A DNA stretch of 64,000 nucleotides, taken from contig BCIN01000001.1 in the NCBI GenBank assembly GCA_039545335.1, forward strand, positions 1,733,129-1,797,128, given 5' to 3'. Both the position numbers and the translations under genes were made by a program. Every line of letters starts with the position of its first letter. Within the stretch, counting starts at the first letter, position 1. Shown one piece after another: positions 38,938 to 52,022 of this stretch. Source of the stretch: Kondoa subrosea. Lineage: Eukaryota. The notes beneath the pieces are model-generated. The model saw only the letters and a list, made by a program, of their open reading frames with translations, was not told the DNA's origin and made no database searches.

Positions 38938-40539
38938 TTACAGCTTCTCTGCTTCATAGATACTCTGTACATTGGGTAACAAGTCCGCTAAAGTCTTCTT
39001 GTTCTCCGTCTCTTGTTGTTGCGGCACATCAAATGCTTTGCACAAAGCGTCATAAGTTTTGCATTGGGCCAAAGTCTGCTTCAGAATTTTCCTCTTTTGC
39101 TTTATGCCTCGGATATCTTTAAATTGCGATGCGGTGACTGAGAAATCCATAGATGTGAGGCAATACTTGCTGTTTGGATAAGCGTTGTCCACTGCTAGCG
39201 CCTGTGCAATTACATCACCGACGATCAGCTTGATGCTGATGAGCCAGCAACACAACGCACAACTTGAGTATAAAGCGGTACAATCGATTCCACGGGATCC
39301 AAATAGCCTTCTTCTCGGAAGCAAGAAGGGTTCGCTTCCGCTCCTCTAGCAATCATGATAGAAGAGACGCCTGTGTACACAACTTTCACGAACAGGTTAG
39401 CTGATGGTGACGAGTAGTGCGCACCTGTTAGATCTTTGATTCGTTGAGTATCCGCAAAACCTAAACAATCGCCATTCGCAACTCTGTATTAACCTAGTCA
39501 GCATATACTACGATCGTGACTTCCTTCAAATACGCACACAGGTATTCCCATGGGCGTAACCAAATCTACTATATCCCTCAATCGATCCAATAAAGCAGGC
39601 TCTCTCGGTCTCATATCCCTCGTTCGACAATGCACAGTCAAACAAGAGATCCCTGTACTCGCTATTCGTTTTACTAAGGCTAGTGTATCTTCTTGTGTTG
39701 GTAAAAGACGGATTTTGCAGGATACTGGGACGGAAAGGCCTCCCACTAGAGAGGTAAGAATCTGGATAGTTCATGTTAGATGAGAGGAGTATGAGAGTGA
39801 GACTGACTGACCGAGCAAAGGGTATCTGGTTCCTGCCTTTGTTATGAGCCTCTGAGTGAAATCGTTGTGAAAAGACATACAGTCAGAAGCGCTGCACCCA
39901 TAGCACCAGAAGTGGAGAAGGCTGTAAGACAACAACGGGAGCTGATCAGACTAAATCTGAGAAGCTTCAGGTGAGCCTCACGTTTAGGACATCCACAATT
40001 CCTGCCTACCTGATCAGCAGAGAGACTCATCTCAATTCGAAAGAGACTCACAGATCTACGCCCGAAACATCACCTTCAACCATCTTAGCAGCTTTCAGTG
40101 CCAATTCATGGCTTGCACTTCCAATCTGATAGATCAAACGACTCTTCTCAATCGGATGACATTCCCAAATGGATTTCTCGCCCTTCATATATTTCACTGT
40201 CCCATTACTTTCATTGACTGTTCGGACAGAGCCTAGTATAGCTTTATCGACAATCTCTGGACCCCAAACTAGTTGTGCTCCGAAGTTGAGTGAAAGCAAA
40301 CGAGTAGGTAAAGTGCCGCATCTCTATAACAATACAATAAGTGACTTCCAATAAGAGAGGAATGACAGTGAACGGACAACCATAGGAGCTAAATGCAAAC
40401 CAGTAGCGTAATTTGGTATGCGAGCATATTTTTCCGACGGTGCTGCGGCAGCTACAGGAGCAGGAGAAGGAGAGAGCTTGACACGTTTGGCTGGCCGGAT
40501 CTCCTCTACAGGCGTGACACTTCTTGATCTAGTAGCCAT
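38938..40539 (-). CDS. DUS2: tRNA-dihydrouridine(20) synthase
   Basis: LAPMV|RCGTLPTRLL, WGPEIVDKA, QIGSA, DL|NCGCPK, GAMGAALL, KIRLL, TVHCRTR, ANGD, MIARGA. Confidence 0.9.
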
Positions 40540-40623
40540 TCGTAACAATCGCATACAATGTGGTCACGGAACAAGCGTATTAATATGGGATCTCAATGCA
40601 AGGTATACCCAGTACAAAGCAGA

Positions 40624-42434
40624 CTACGAAGGAACCCAATGTGTTGTTCGCATGATGAGATATGAGGCCCAGGAGATATCTCCTTTACCATTTGTCCAAG
40701 GTCTCCAAACTGGTTTGAATGTCTGAGCCGCTGCGTAATTTCTGACCGAGCATCGAATCAGCTCAGAAGTAGGCTCAGACGGCAAGCGATATACCGTATT
40801 ATTGCTCGCCATGCGCAATTGGTGGACGCAGGCGATAGCCAATGTCTCCAGAACTGAGATGATTGATTCGCTAGTCTTTCGCTGTGAGCATCATCTGCCA
40901 GAAGTCGGTTCATGATTCCTTCCACTGTTTTACGGCTTGAGTACAGAACATTCTCGAGAAGATGAACCTCACATCGCTCGAATTGATCACCAGCGTATAT
41001 CAGATTTTGGTTCGGCGAGTTATCGTCCGCATTGATCAGATGAGAGAAGTGCTCCACGTAGTTTGTCGAATGTGTGATCAGTACCGATCGACATTGTGCC
41101 AAGTATCTGTACAAGCCGCGAGTCAATTTAGCAAGCAAAGGTTGCAAACTGGATCTCAACGTACTTGAATCGTCCAGAATAGGAACTACCTTCCACGTGA
41201 GCTAAATACTTCCACTTGCAGTGATCGTCCATAGTCATTCTGGGCAATGTATCATGAGGCATGAAGAATCAGCGTGTAAAGGGTAATGCTCACATTCGAT
41301 CTTTCTGTTCCGCCCAGCTGTCGAACCTCAAGGATCAGCATTTGCGTAGACCAGGAGCGGCTGGGGAATCCTACTTCAGATCGCTGACTTCGCCCCATTT
41401 TGGATTTCGATCACTCTATCGCATCTTGAGCTGACAGTCAGGCAAACGACGAGATGACATACTATTTGTATCAATATCGGTCTAATGGCATTGACCCAAG
41501 TTCTGCACGAGCCACTTTAGCGAAAACACCTATTCTTGCAGCAACCCGTACTCACGCCCCTCTCCAAAATAATTTCGGTATTTTGTCTTTCCAGCTCAGT
41601 TTCTCTTCAGCAAGCATAGCTTTGTCCCTCACTTCAATGAATGAATTGACTCCAGGTTCGGGCCATGTTCCAAATCCAAAATCAGGCATAACCCATAGTT
41701 GTTCATGCTCAGGCTTTCGACATAGAGCAACGAAAGGTGCATCTACTTCTCCATGACCTAGATCTCGAAGATCTATTACGAATTCAGCATCGGGTAGTGG
41801 TTCTAAACTTGATACGAGCGCTTCATCTGATGCAAACTCTGAGCCTGATATTGCAGAATATACGAAGTGGAAGCTCACTGATCAAGCCTAGAGCTGCTAA
41901 TTCCCTTCCCCCAGGTCCAGCTTCCCTCTCACGTATGTACATCCGATTATTGGCAATCAAAACCCTCACTCCAATATTCTCCACATGATCTTGAGCTCTC
42001 TGCACATCATCTTCTGTTATCCCTCCTCTCTTCTTCCAGTATCTCAAACTCCTTTCTGCTTCTTTGTTCAATCCAGGGAAAATCAAATCGCATTGCTCTT
42101 CCGTCAAATGCCTATTCATTTGAGGCTCATAATAATCACCTGCATCCGTTCTTGAAACAGTAGAGAGATAGTCTTGTATCGCATCAACTGGAGCTTGTTC
42201 TATAGCGTGCATTTGAGCTTGTTGTACATTACTCCATCTAGCATTGCGTTGATTGACTTGAAACATTGCACCAAGTAGTAATGGAATCAAAGCAGCAGGT
42301 AGTGAGTAAGTAAGTAAGTTTCGAATAAATCGTGATTGAGGTGGTGCACGCATTGCGTAAGTCAAAGGATCTGCATCCAGATCTTGAAGCGGTACGTTGC
42401 TATAACTTCGCAGCTGCCTTGGAAATAGGCGCAT
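40624..42434 (-). CDS. Glycosyltransferase family 90 (CAP10/POGLUT-like), type II membrane protein
   Basis: N-terminal TM; WVMPDFGFGTWPEP, WKDKIPKLFWRG, CKWKYLAHVEGSSYSGRFKYL..C.SV. Confidence 0.88.
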
Positions 42435-42844
42435 ACGGAATAGAGGCTGTCAAAGCTGATATTTGCTAAGTCTACTTGGCCCTCTAGGTGGCAGAGCGAG
42501 ACTAGGAAAAACTTTGATAAAGGTGCCAGAAATAGATGACGTTGTTCGTGAACGGTGATGTGGTGCCTGCTGTCGACAGTACAAAGCTCGCCGCTCTCGC
42601 ACATCATTTATGCCCGAAGAGAGAGGGCCAAGCCGAGGAGCATGCATCAGCGCCGCACGACCGTAAGGATTCGAAAATCCTTGGCTAGCCTTTACCAACC
42701 CGCAGCTGGAGAGAAGGATACTCTGGAGTCTGGATTGCGCTGTCCCAAGAAGACAGAAGATCAAGCAGTTCTGACGTGCTTACGTAATCTAGAAACGCGT
42801 CTTCTCAAGTTGGTTTTCTCAACCCCTCCCAAACCCTTACAATC

Positions 42845-43583
42845 ATGTCTACTCCCTCATCCTCGAGCTCGAAGCGTACCCTTGGCGACTCAGAGAATGA
42901 AGAGACCTATTCTATCTTCTCTAAAAAGGCCAAAACTGTCTCAGACGAGCCAGAGCAGCTCGATACCGCGAATCTAGTGCTATCACTCCTAGAACATGTT
43001 CTGACGCGTCATCACCGTCCAGGCTGCGATCATGAAGCTTTCCAAAACTGCTTTGAGCAAGAAATCAAAGGAAGACCTAGTAGAATATGTGCTGGCTTTA
43101 CAGAAGTTTGCCAAAGCTGGCGGAAAGAATGCCTTGACTCCTGAACAGGTAGAAGCGAAAGTTGAAGCCGTGAGAAATGCTATGGTTAAAGGTATTCAGC
43201 GTCAGATGAAGGTAAGCCTAGAGTCCTTACTGATTAAACAGATGGTATGATGTGCAGTGGCAACCTAGCTGCAAGAACGGTGGAACCAAATGGTCCTACA
43301 CTGCTGTAGTACCATCCTTCGAGGTCTTCAGCCAACTCTTTTCACTACCCAACTTCAAGAGGAAGACTCACAAGTTCACTAAAGCTGAATTTGAAGAAGG
43401 TGCAGAGAAGAGATCTCTGCTTCTATTCGATATGGTCATCTGCAATCGAAGCATGCTGATTATGATGCTGATACAAGCGAGACAGGCGAACTTGTTCTAA
43501 TTTCAGTGAACGTCAACTTGAAGTGGAATGCTGAGACTTCTGAATTCACTGTAGGAGGTACTTACGGTCTGCCTGGAAAGTAA
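42845..43583 (+). CDS. Small conserved fungal hypothetical protein with an apparent frameshift near 43395-43412
   Basis: Spliced ...VRNAMVKGIQRQMK|WQPSCKNGGTKWSY...EFEE; the C-terminal block (ISASIRY|GELVLI...NLKWNAETSEFTVGGTYGLPGK*) lies in the -1 frame. Confidence 0.65.
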
Positions 43584-43807
43584 ACTGATGCTCCTTATGG
43601 TCGAAATTGTCCTGGTACCCAGGGTTTTCGCACTGTTCGCTTGTAACGTTTCCGCGCTGGTCGCTTGCTTGTACTATTCACAATGATATACTGTGACTGT
43701 TTTAGCTCTTCGCGTGCATATTGCCTTATGTCGCGTAATGTAGCTCATAAAAACAAACATTGTCATTCTTGTCTTGAACCGCCAATCCAAGCTTATTCTG
43801 GCTCGTT

Positions 43808-45357
43808 ATGGCCCTCCCTCTCGAGGTATCACCCTCTCCCATTCGTTCTGATCAGATTAGCTGACTGTACTCGCCAGATCTGGATAGAAATCATTCAGAT
43901 TTGTCGAACATCTTTCACGACTTCTCAATTGGCTTCGCTCTGCTTAATCAACAAGACTCTCAAGCCTTATGCTCAGAGTGCTTTGTACTATGCACCTGGA
44001 GTCTTCAAAGGTCACAAGCACGACCGCTTTCTTGCTTCCGTTACTCGTAATCCCAAGTTGGCTAGTCGCGTACGCAAACTCAACTGGGCTATGAACGAGC
44101 CAGATACTGCTCTCGACGGTGAGGTAGGTTCCGCCTGTAGAATTACGGAATTGAAGTATGTTTGCTGAATTGTAATCTGTATCATTAGTGCGGTTGTGCA
44201 CATTGTCACCCGCAACAAAGCTTTGGATCGCTCGAATTGTTTCAATTGGTAGCAAAGAATCTCATCTCCTTAACTGTGGATGTCAGCAATGTGTGAGCTT
44301 CCCTTGGAATGATATTGACAATGCTAACGTTCTGGTATTAGTGACAGTATCCTTGATCTTGATGAAGATGATTTAGCTGGATTTGAAAATGTTAGAAGTT
44401 TCACTTTGGAGAATAGCAAGCGTGGACAATTTGTCTTCATTCAAAGCGGTTTGATTTCATTTTTCGGAATGGGTAAAGGTCAGTCACTCAAGATTTGTAC
44501 TGGAAGTCGAACATTGAAATTTGATGGCTCCTAGCCTTGCAACATATCACTATTGGCTCTCATATCGAATCTACACCTTGGCAGAGTTTACCAGATTGTC
44601 CTTCTCGCTTAGTATCTCTGCAAGTCCAAAGCGCCGATATTCAAGCCGCTGATCTGACTGCTTTGTGCGTCTGGCCTATTACGCATTGGACTTGTGCTAA
44701 TGTCTAAGGCAGACTCGCTAATTCACACGACACTTTGCGCATTCTGGGCATTGGCTGCAAGTAAGTGACGCTGTACATGAATTCCAGGCAACGGCTCATT
44801 GCTCGCAGCCAATATCTGCCCTTCAAGTCCTGTATCGATGCTCTTAAACCAATTTCGGGGGGAATCACGCATTTAAACCTCAACCTGCACTTAAACAACG
44901 TCCCCGAAGGCACTTTCATGGATGAATGGATCACAGTACAGGATCTTCTCGTTCATTTTACCAGTTTGAAGGTTCTACGCCTTAGTACTTCTTTTGTGCC
45001 GAAATTCGATACCTTGTCTCTACTCGATACGGTACAAGTGTTTGTTTTGTCGCATTATGATGATGACGGAGGTTTGTCTTTCTCTGCACTTGTTCTGTCT
45101 GGGGGAAGAAATCTCAACCTTTGGTTGTTAAAGATCTCTACACCGATTTCTTTGAAACCATCAATTTGGCTCGATGGTCTCAGCTCAAAGAATTGCATGC
45201 TAATATTTTAACCATACCTGGTCATCCTAATTGTCCCGTTGAAGGTCAAGAGAAAGAATTCCATGAGTCTGCTAAAGTTTTGGGCGTAAAGGTCTTTGCG
45301 GATGATTTACCTGGGTATGTTTCTTTCCACTCTGAGATACTCTGGAGGCTGATGTAA
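43808..45357 (+). CDS. F-box-like protein with degenerate LRR-like region
   Basis: MALPLE|IWIEIIQIC...LASLCLINKTLKPYAQSALY is F-box-like; NPKLASRVRKL; multi-exon LxxLxL-type repeats. Confidence 0.7.
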
Positions 45358-45842
45358 ATATAGCTGGGCATCCGTGATAGTTGATTGAGCAGACGCACGC
45401 GGCGGTAAGTGGTGACCAATCGAGAAAGGGGCGAGTTGTCTTCGGGCTTGTAATCGTTGTCTCTGGAATGGAAAGGAAATCTTCTTCTTTGCTGACCTCG
45501 ATCGAAAGGCTCCTAGTATGCTTGAGCAAACGATTGCATGCTTTTAACGAGTGTGTATATACACTATTTTGAGCACTATATAACATTTTATACTTCCTCC
45601 CTCCGTCTCCGTCTTTTGCGTGTGTTTTTCTTGAAGTGCTTGAGTTGCATGTTGAATTGTGGTCTGGTTTTCATATATAGACATTGTTGTTTTTCGCCAT
45701 GCTTCTGCTGTATTTGCTCGTGCATGTTTCTGAGTCTTGTATGCGATGATTGTGCTGGATTAGTGATAATATTGTAGGCGCTCGTTGTGCGCAAATTTTA
45801 ACATATTTACGAGTAAAGAAGAATCGAAAGAATGGAGATCAA

Positions 45843-47296
45843 TCACGGGAGGAGCAAGAACAGACTGCTGATCATTGCTGCAAATGTGAGATGAGGAAGA
45901 GGTATGATATGAGAAGCCGCTGAATGTGTTGAGCTTGAATAAACTTCTCCATTTGTTAAGTTGCCAAAGCCAACAGCCGGTGGATTTGCTCGAAAGACCG
46001 CTGCAAAAAGTAATGAGCATTTGCTCGACGTGAAGTTTGGTAAACTCACTATAATATGATTTCAAGAAGGTATTGCCTAGGATCCAGCTCGGTAAACCAG
46101 CAGTGGACAATTCGAATACCGCTCCAAGACAATATTGGGTACCGTTGATGACATTTGTAGTCCCCAAGTTGAAATCTCTTGAATAAATAGGGTATTCCAC
46201 TCCATCGAAAGTCAAAGAAGTATCGAATTCCTGATCACAAGGATATTCATAGTAACCAGAATAGCTTTCGTCTTGACTTGCGAAAGCACCGGGTATAGCA
46301 GCATAGATATCTGCTACTTGAGCTTTTGGTGCACCGATCAACGAAGTACCAGTATCGACTGCAACTCTTTGATTCTTGGTTGATGAGATTACTTTGTCAT
46401 TAACTGAGAAACCATCCATTGAAAGCAACCAATATGTGGAAGAGATTAGAGAATGATAGTTTATGGAGCCGGAAAAGAGGGACGAATTAGTTCCGCCGAG
46501 AGTGAGATAACCACCAGGTTCTGTCGAAGTAGCATCTGGATCATGTAGATATCTGTTTAGATGCGATAAGCTATAGGCATGCATGTATATGGGATGAGGA
46601 CTGACCTAGTCAGAGCGAACGACATTTCATGTATTCCAGCCGCCTGCCAAAATGGTTTCGCATCCGAATTAGCAATTGCCTAGACAGAACAGTCAGCCTG
46701 AGCACCAAGGTCAATTAACACGAGCTCACTTGAAAGCCTAATCCCAAGAGACCGCTCACTTGCCCAGTAAGTAACCCATCCGTTATCTGATTGCACAAAG
46801 CGAAAGTCTGATTCTCCACTTTATAGTTTCCCCATTCTACCACATCAGAAGCCAGATACCCACTCGCTTCACCACTTCCGTAGCGTATACTGAAGCCATC
46901 GTCCGTTACATCCAAAGTAGAACTCGCAGCTTGTGAGTATCGAACTGTGCTTGAAGAACAGGTAGTACAATTCGGTCCGGCCAACCACAAATCTGCAGAT
47001 CCAGTATCGACTAGAACTTTTACTGGTGTCATTTTACTTCCCAGAAGTATTTCGGCATAGTACGAAGAGTCCGAATTGACATTAGTCAGTGAAACACTCG
47101 TTTGACGTTTGTTCAAAGAGTAAGAAGGAGATCCATATCGAGTTTGTAGTTTTATAGCTTCTCTTTGTGCTCGATCAGATAATGGGGTATTGCTAGATTG
47201 AGCAGAGAAAATTGGGAACGACTGCGGAATTGCTTGATCGAACGGCAGAGCGCTGATGCAGGAGACCAGCAATGACAATAGTGTCAAAGGTATCAT
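45843..47296 (-). CDS. A1 pepsin-family aspartic protease, probably GPI-anchored
   Basis: Signal peptide; VDTGSADLW, IRYGSG flap, VDTGTSLI, WILGNTFL; Ser-rich then hydrophobic C-terminus LTFAAMISSLFLLLP*. Confidence 0.93.
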
Positions 47297-47454
47297 CCTG
47301 CGCAACGCCGAGGGGTATCCAGGGAGGGTCTATCCTGATGTAGTCCAGAAAGGAATTCTTCTGCATCGTCAGAGGGACGCCAAATGTGGCTGAAGCTAAG
47401 TGTCTCAAATTATGTAATCCCGCTTGTTCTAGACCACCACTTGATACCCTTCGA

Positions 47455-48792
47455 ATGGATTCCCTTCCACCCAAGTACAACGGACAAGTCGATGAAAGAG
47501 TCTACTATGATCGCCAGTCACAGAAATGGGTCTTAGAGGATTCAGAAGCGTCGTTCGAATACTCTGAAGCTTTAGGCTCTTGGGTCACTTTAGCGGACGA
47601 TGATCAAATAGCTGCACAACAAGCTGCTTATTCAGTAGCAGGAGTGGACGAGGCCGTGAGTCCTTTGTTCAGAAATGATTGAATGGTTAGATACTAACAT
47701 TCATTGTGCATCTAGACACCTGCTGCACCTGTAGATAAGAAACGTAAAAGAGAGAAACCATCTAAAGAAGAGAAAGCAGCTTTGAAACAGAAACAAAAGG
47801 AAGAAAAAGCTTCACGCAATACAGCAATCTACATTACTGGTTTACCTCTACCTCCAGCAACTCCTGCAACAGTAGAAGAAGTGCAACAAGTCTTCTCTAA
47901 AGCAGGCATCATTTTACAAGACGCTGATGGGAAATACAAGATCAAGCTATACACTAATCCAGATGGCTCACCAAAGGGAGAAGCTCTGATCGTCTACTTG
48001 CAAGAAGCTTCGGCTGATTTAGCTGTTACTTGGTTCCATGAGACTGAACTACGAATTGGGAAAGCTGAACAAGAAGGTTTACTTTCAGTGACTAGAGCCA
48101 ATTTCGACCATAAATCTAACAACAACAATAACAACTCTAATTCGAACGAACCGAAAGCAAAAAGAAGTAGACCTGATCCTTCTAAACAGAAAGCAGCCAA
48201 GAAGGCTGAAAACTTGAAGAAGAAATTAGAAGGTTGGGAAAGCGATGATGAATTGCAAGCAAAGAGGGAAGCCAAACAACAGCATGAGAAGAGCAAGATC
48301 GTAGTACTTACGAACATGTTCACGCTCAAGAATTTGGAAGAGAACCCTACGCTGTTGTTAGAATTGAATGAAGATGTGAGGGAAGAATGTGAAGAGAGCT
48401 TTGGTAAAGTGACGAATGTCGTACTATATGATGTGAGTAGGATTGAGTCGTGCATCTTACTGCTGCTCAGCACCTTTCTTTGCATTCACAGCAAGAACCG
48501 GATGGAATTATGACTGTCCGATTTATGGAAGAAGATGCAGCAGAAGCATGCATAAGAGTATGTTCCCCTTCTACCTTCAACCGTCAAAGTTGACATCTTT
48601 CTTCAGAAAATGAAAGGTCGCTTCTTTGATGGCAGACAAGTCGGAGCCTATCTTTCGGACGGGAAAGCGAAATTCAAGAAATCATCAAAGAACGATCCTA
48701 CAGCTTATGGTGAAGAAGCAGAAAAGGCAGAGAAATTACGACTAGAAAAGTATGCGGCTTATTTGGAAGCTCAAGGGAACCCCGATCCATAG
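47455..48792 (+). CDS. CUS2: U2 snRNP-associated splicing factor Cus2/Tat-SF1/Uap2
   Basis: RRM1 NTAIYITGLP...KIKLY...KGEALIVY; UHM IVVLTNMF...DVREEC...VVLYD...MKGRFFDGRQV. Confidence 0.92.
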
Positions 48793-48884
48793 AACGAACG
48801 AGTGTGGGTGTATTATCACTAGAAATGCTATGAAGTGTATTACTATTCACACAAATTTACTACTATCAGACACTTTAAACCCTG

Positions 48885-50349
48885 TTATACCCAATCTGAC
48901 CTCCTCTGAGGTTGTTCAGATCGTCTACTATCATAGCTCAACCTAGGCATGTCCACAACTTCACTGACAGTAGCTACTACTCTTTCTACTCTTGCTCCAT
49001 CTTTGTTATCCGCCAAAGAGTAGGAAGATGGCGATTCGTTCAAAGTGAAAGAAATGCCTCGACTGGGTGGTCGAGAAGGAGCCAGCTTTTCTGGTATAGA
49101 AGGACCTGAGAAAGGTGTGGTGTAGAAGCCGGATAGATCTACTCCTGGTTCTTTTGCTGATGAAAGATAGACCGTTGAATAAGGTTGAGCTATACCAGAA
49201 AAAGAGGAAACATTCAGCTTTTAGGAACGTCAAGTAGAACACAGAACATACGAGGCTGGAACCCTTTGTTTTTACTCAAACCCAATACGTTCCTTGTTGA
49301 GCAGTATAGCAGAATATTGGCAAATCCAGCTAGAGTGAAGATGCAGCCAACAGTAGTTTGAACAGATTGTGGGAAATTGTTTCCTGCTACTCCGGCGATT
49401 CGATAGATTGACAGAGGTAACACTACAGCCAAGTAGACTACTGGATAAGCCAGCCTATATATACTCTATCAGCAAGTGGAAAAGAAGGAGGTCGCACGAC
49501 GTACATTTTGGAAGCTACGGCATCCACCTTGAAAGGTGCTCTATCCTTGCTGCTTCTTGTGTACGAGACTGATTTCGAATATGCTCGAGTATGAAGGATG
49601 AAGAAAAGAGCGACATAGAATGCGACGTTGACAGTGCATGCAATGAAGAGCCAAAGACTGTAGATACAGATGAGTATGGACATAAGGTAAAATTCAACGG
49701 CAGAAACTGACTAATGGAGGTAGAGCCGGCTTAGTTCATACTTGGGTGAAATGAAACACCAAAGTCCACTCCAATCGTAGAATCTTCCGCGCTCGTCTTG
49801 CACAAGCAGAGGTCCGAGTACAGATAACACGATGCAAAGAATCCATATTGATGTGACACTGGCGATCATGATCTTCTTTGATGGCGTAAATCCAAGACCG
49901 AGCACAAGGAATGTATGAGCAGCAATGAATACAGTCTGTGAAAGAGAGTTAGTTCAAAGCTTTCTTTAAATCAAGGTCTGACTCACCCATGCAGCACCTC
50001 CTACATCTCCCATTTCGATGAATGCCCCTTGAGCTGTGCAAGTCGCGTTCGTAATGTTTGAAGCAACTTGAGGTACTTGACCTATATTGATCCAATGGAA
50101 GTTCATAACGAAACCAACAGCTTGTATGAAGTCAGCCACGACTAGGTTGACAAAGAGACAACCGAATTGAGTTTTGAGAAATCGCATGCCTTGCTTTGGT
50201 AAGTCATTGGGACTTCTTCGAGCGTGTTTGATGAGAATGAAAGCGAGATAGAGAAGGAAAGAGCTTGTTGCGATTAATGAGAGCATGGCAGACGCGCCAA
50301 CGATCGCCATATCGGTCCTCTTGCCCTCGATCGATATCATGCTTGACAT
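48885..50349 (-). CDS. Git3/Gpr-like 7-TM G-protein-coupled receptor
   Basis: NLVVADFIQAVG, CTAQGAFIEMGDVG, IAAHTF, FY..SGLWCFI, KMLAYPVVY, GFANILLY; S/P-rich tail. Confidence 0.85.
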
Positions 50350-50579
50350 TTTGGTAGGAGAAGTCGGACAAAAATGTGAGGAAATGAAGAAGAGAAAGAA
50401 GAAGAATATTCGCTAGTTATGACCCAGAGGGAAAAAATGTTTTGGTGTAAGAGAATCGCCCGGTAGTTCAGATCTGTTATTTTCTGGTCTCCTTTTTTTA
50501 TCTTCTGGATTGAAACCAGATTTGACGCGCCCTCGAGTGATTATTCACCAGAACTGTGCACCAGGATAGTGAAGCACAG

Positions 50580-51868
50580 CTATGCTGAAGGTCGCCAATC
50601 CAATTTGAAGCCAAACTCTTTCTCGACCACTTCACCGATTGAGGAAGTGGTGAAATCAATCCATCGCACATCTTTCTCTTCACCTAGAACACCAGCTTTT
50701 CTGTATAGTTTCGCTCGACCTTGACCATCTTTCATTGCTTCGGCCCAAGCAAGGGTTTTTCGCGTTCCGATTTCATTGATAGTCACCACGAAAAAATTGG
50801 TGAAAGCTGCTGCGTCGTTGTGCTCCTCTGAAGTAATACATCATCAGCTACGTATTGTCAAGCAACAAATGTGCTCCTGACGATGAAAATTGAGCGCGAC
50901 TTGATCGGCAGGTTCCTGTAAGCAACAGTACATTACTGATCAGATTACTCTGAGGCAGTATGCACCGACGCTTACCATAGTAAGAAGCTGGAAGTGGTAA
51001 ATGGGACTATAATAGTCCACTTTCTTTTCCTGGTTTGAGATATGTCGATAAACTGTCCAACCCTTGATTTTGTCTCTCATAACGCTTTCTTCAGCTTGAG
51101 GGAGGAACTCATTACGGAGAAGATAGTCTTCGAAGGGAACATCGGATGGACCGGTGGCTCCATCTTCCAGTAGGATAGGATATGGACTACCTAAACTTGC
51201 TCTTTAGGCTATAAGCGAGCATAAAGCTAGAAGACATACCTCCACTGCCCTGAAGTAGAGAATATTGAGTTCTCCTAGTGCATGTCAAGGAGATCTGACA
51301 ACTCACAAAGCCTACATCAACCAAATATCTGTTTTCTGATCCTTCCCAATCTATGATGTTCACTTGATGACCTAAAGCTGACCATCCAAAACCTGCTTGA
51401 GCAGGATCTTTCGTGAGATATTTGTAGACTCTTCCAGCGCATTCAGAAACGGTAAAACCAAACGAGCGCTACATCGAAGCTCTTAAGTTCTTGTCGTCTG
51501 AAATAGGAAGAACATACAAGGAAAGCAGCAAAGAGACCATTGTTCGCAAAACAGAAACCTCCTCTATGACCTTTTACTATCCTATCAAAATTGCCTTTAC
51601 CCAATTGCATCCCTATTCCATTCTTCAACTGGATTGGTTTGTCTTTAATATGCCAATCTTCAGGCTTGACGTGCAAAGGTGTGCTTTCAAAGGGCACAGC
51701 GAGTAGATGATGCCATTGTAATTTGCTTAGCAGTTCAAGGGAAACAGGCTCGTCTAAAGTTTCAGCAGGTAAGTTGATTCGTTCAAGATAGAGAGTGGCA
51801 TCAGATCTAGAGAGCTTTGCTAGCCGAAGAGGATCTTGTTGATTGAAGTAGATGGATTCGCTTGACAT
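50580..51868 (-). CDS. Arylamine N-acetyltransferase
   Basis: YLERI, HLLAVPFE; catalytic triad motifs RGGFC, LGHQVNII and YLVDVGF. Confidence 0.9.
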
Positions 51869-52022
51869 CTTTACGAAATCGAGACAGAGAGCTTGAAAAA
51901 CTGTGATGCAGTACAGAACAGAAGAATTGACAACTAGAACAAGTGGCCACAGAGATAAACAAGAGATCAGTTCGTCGTTCTCGCTTGACCAGCTTCAGCG
52001 ATAAAGCATATATCCTGTATCA

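Noticed and set aside
42663..42682. Hairpin AAGGATT-CGAA-AATCCTT resembling a tRNA T-arm
   Set aside because: No GTTCRA B-box consensus and no cloverleaf around it.
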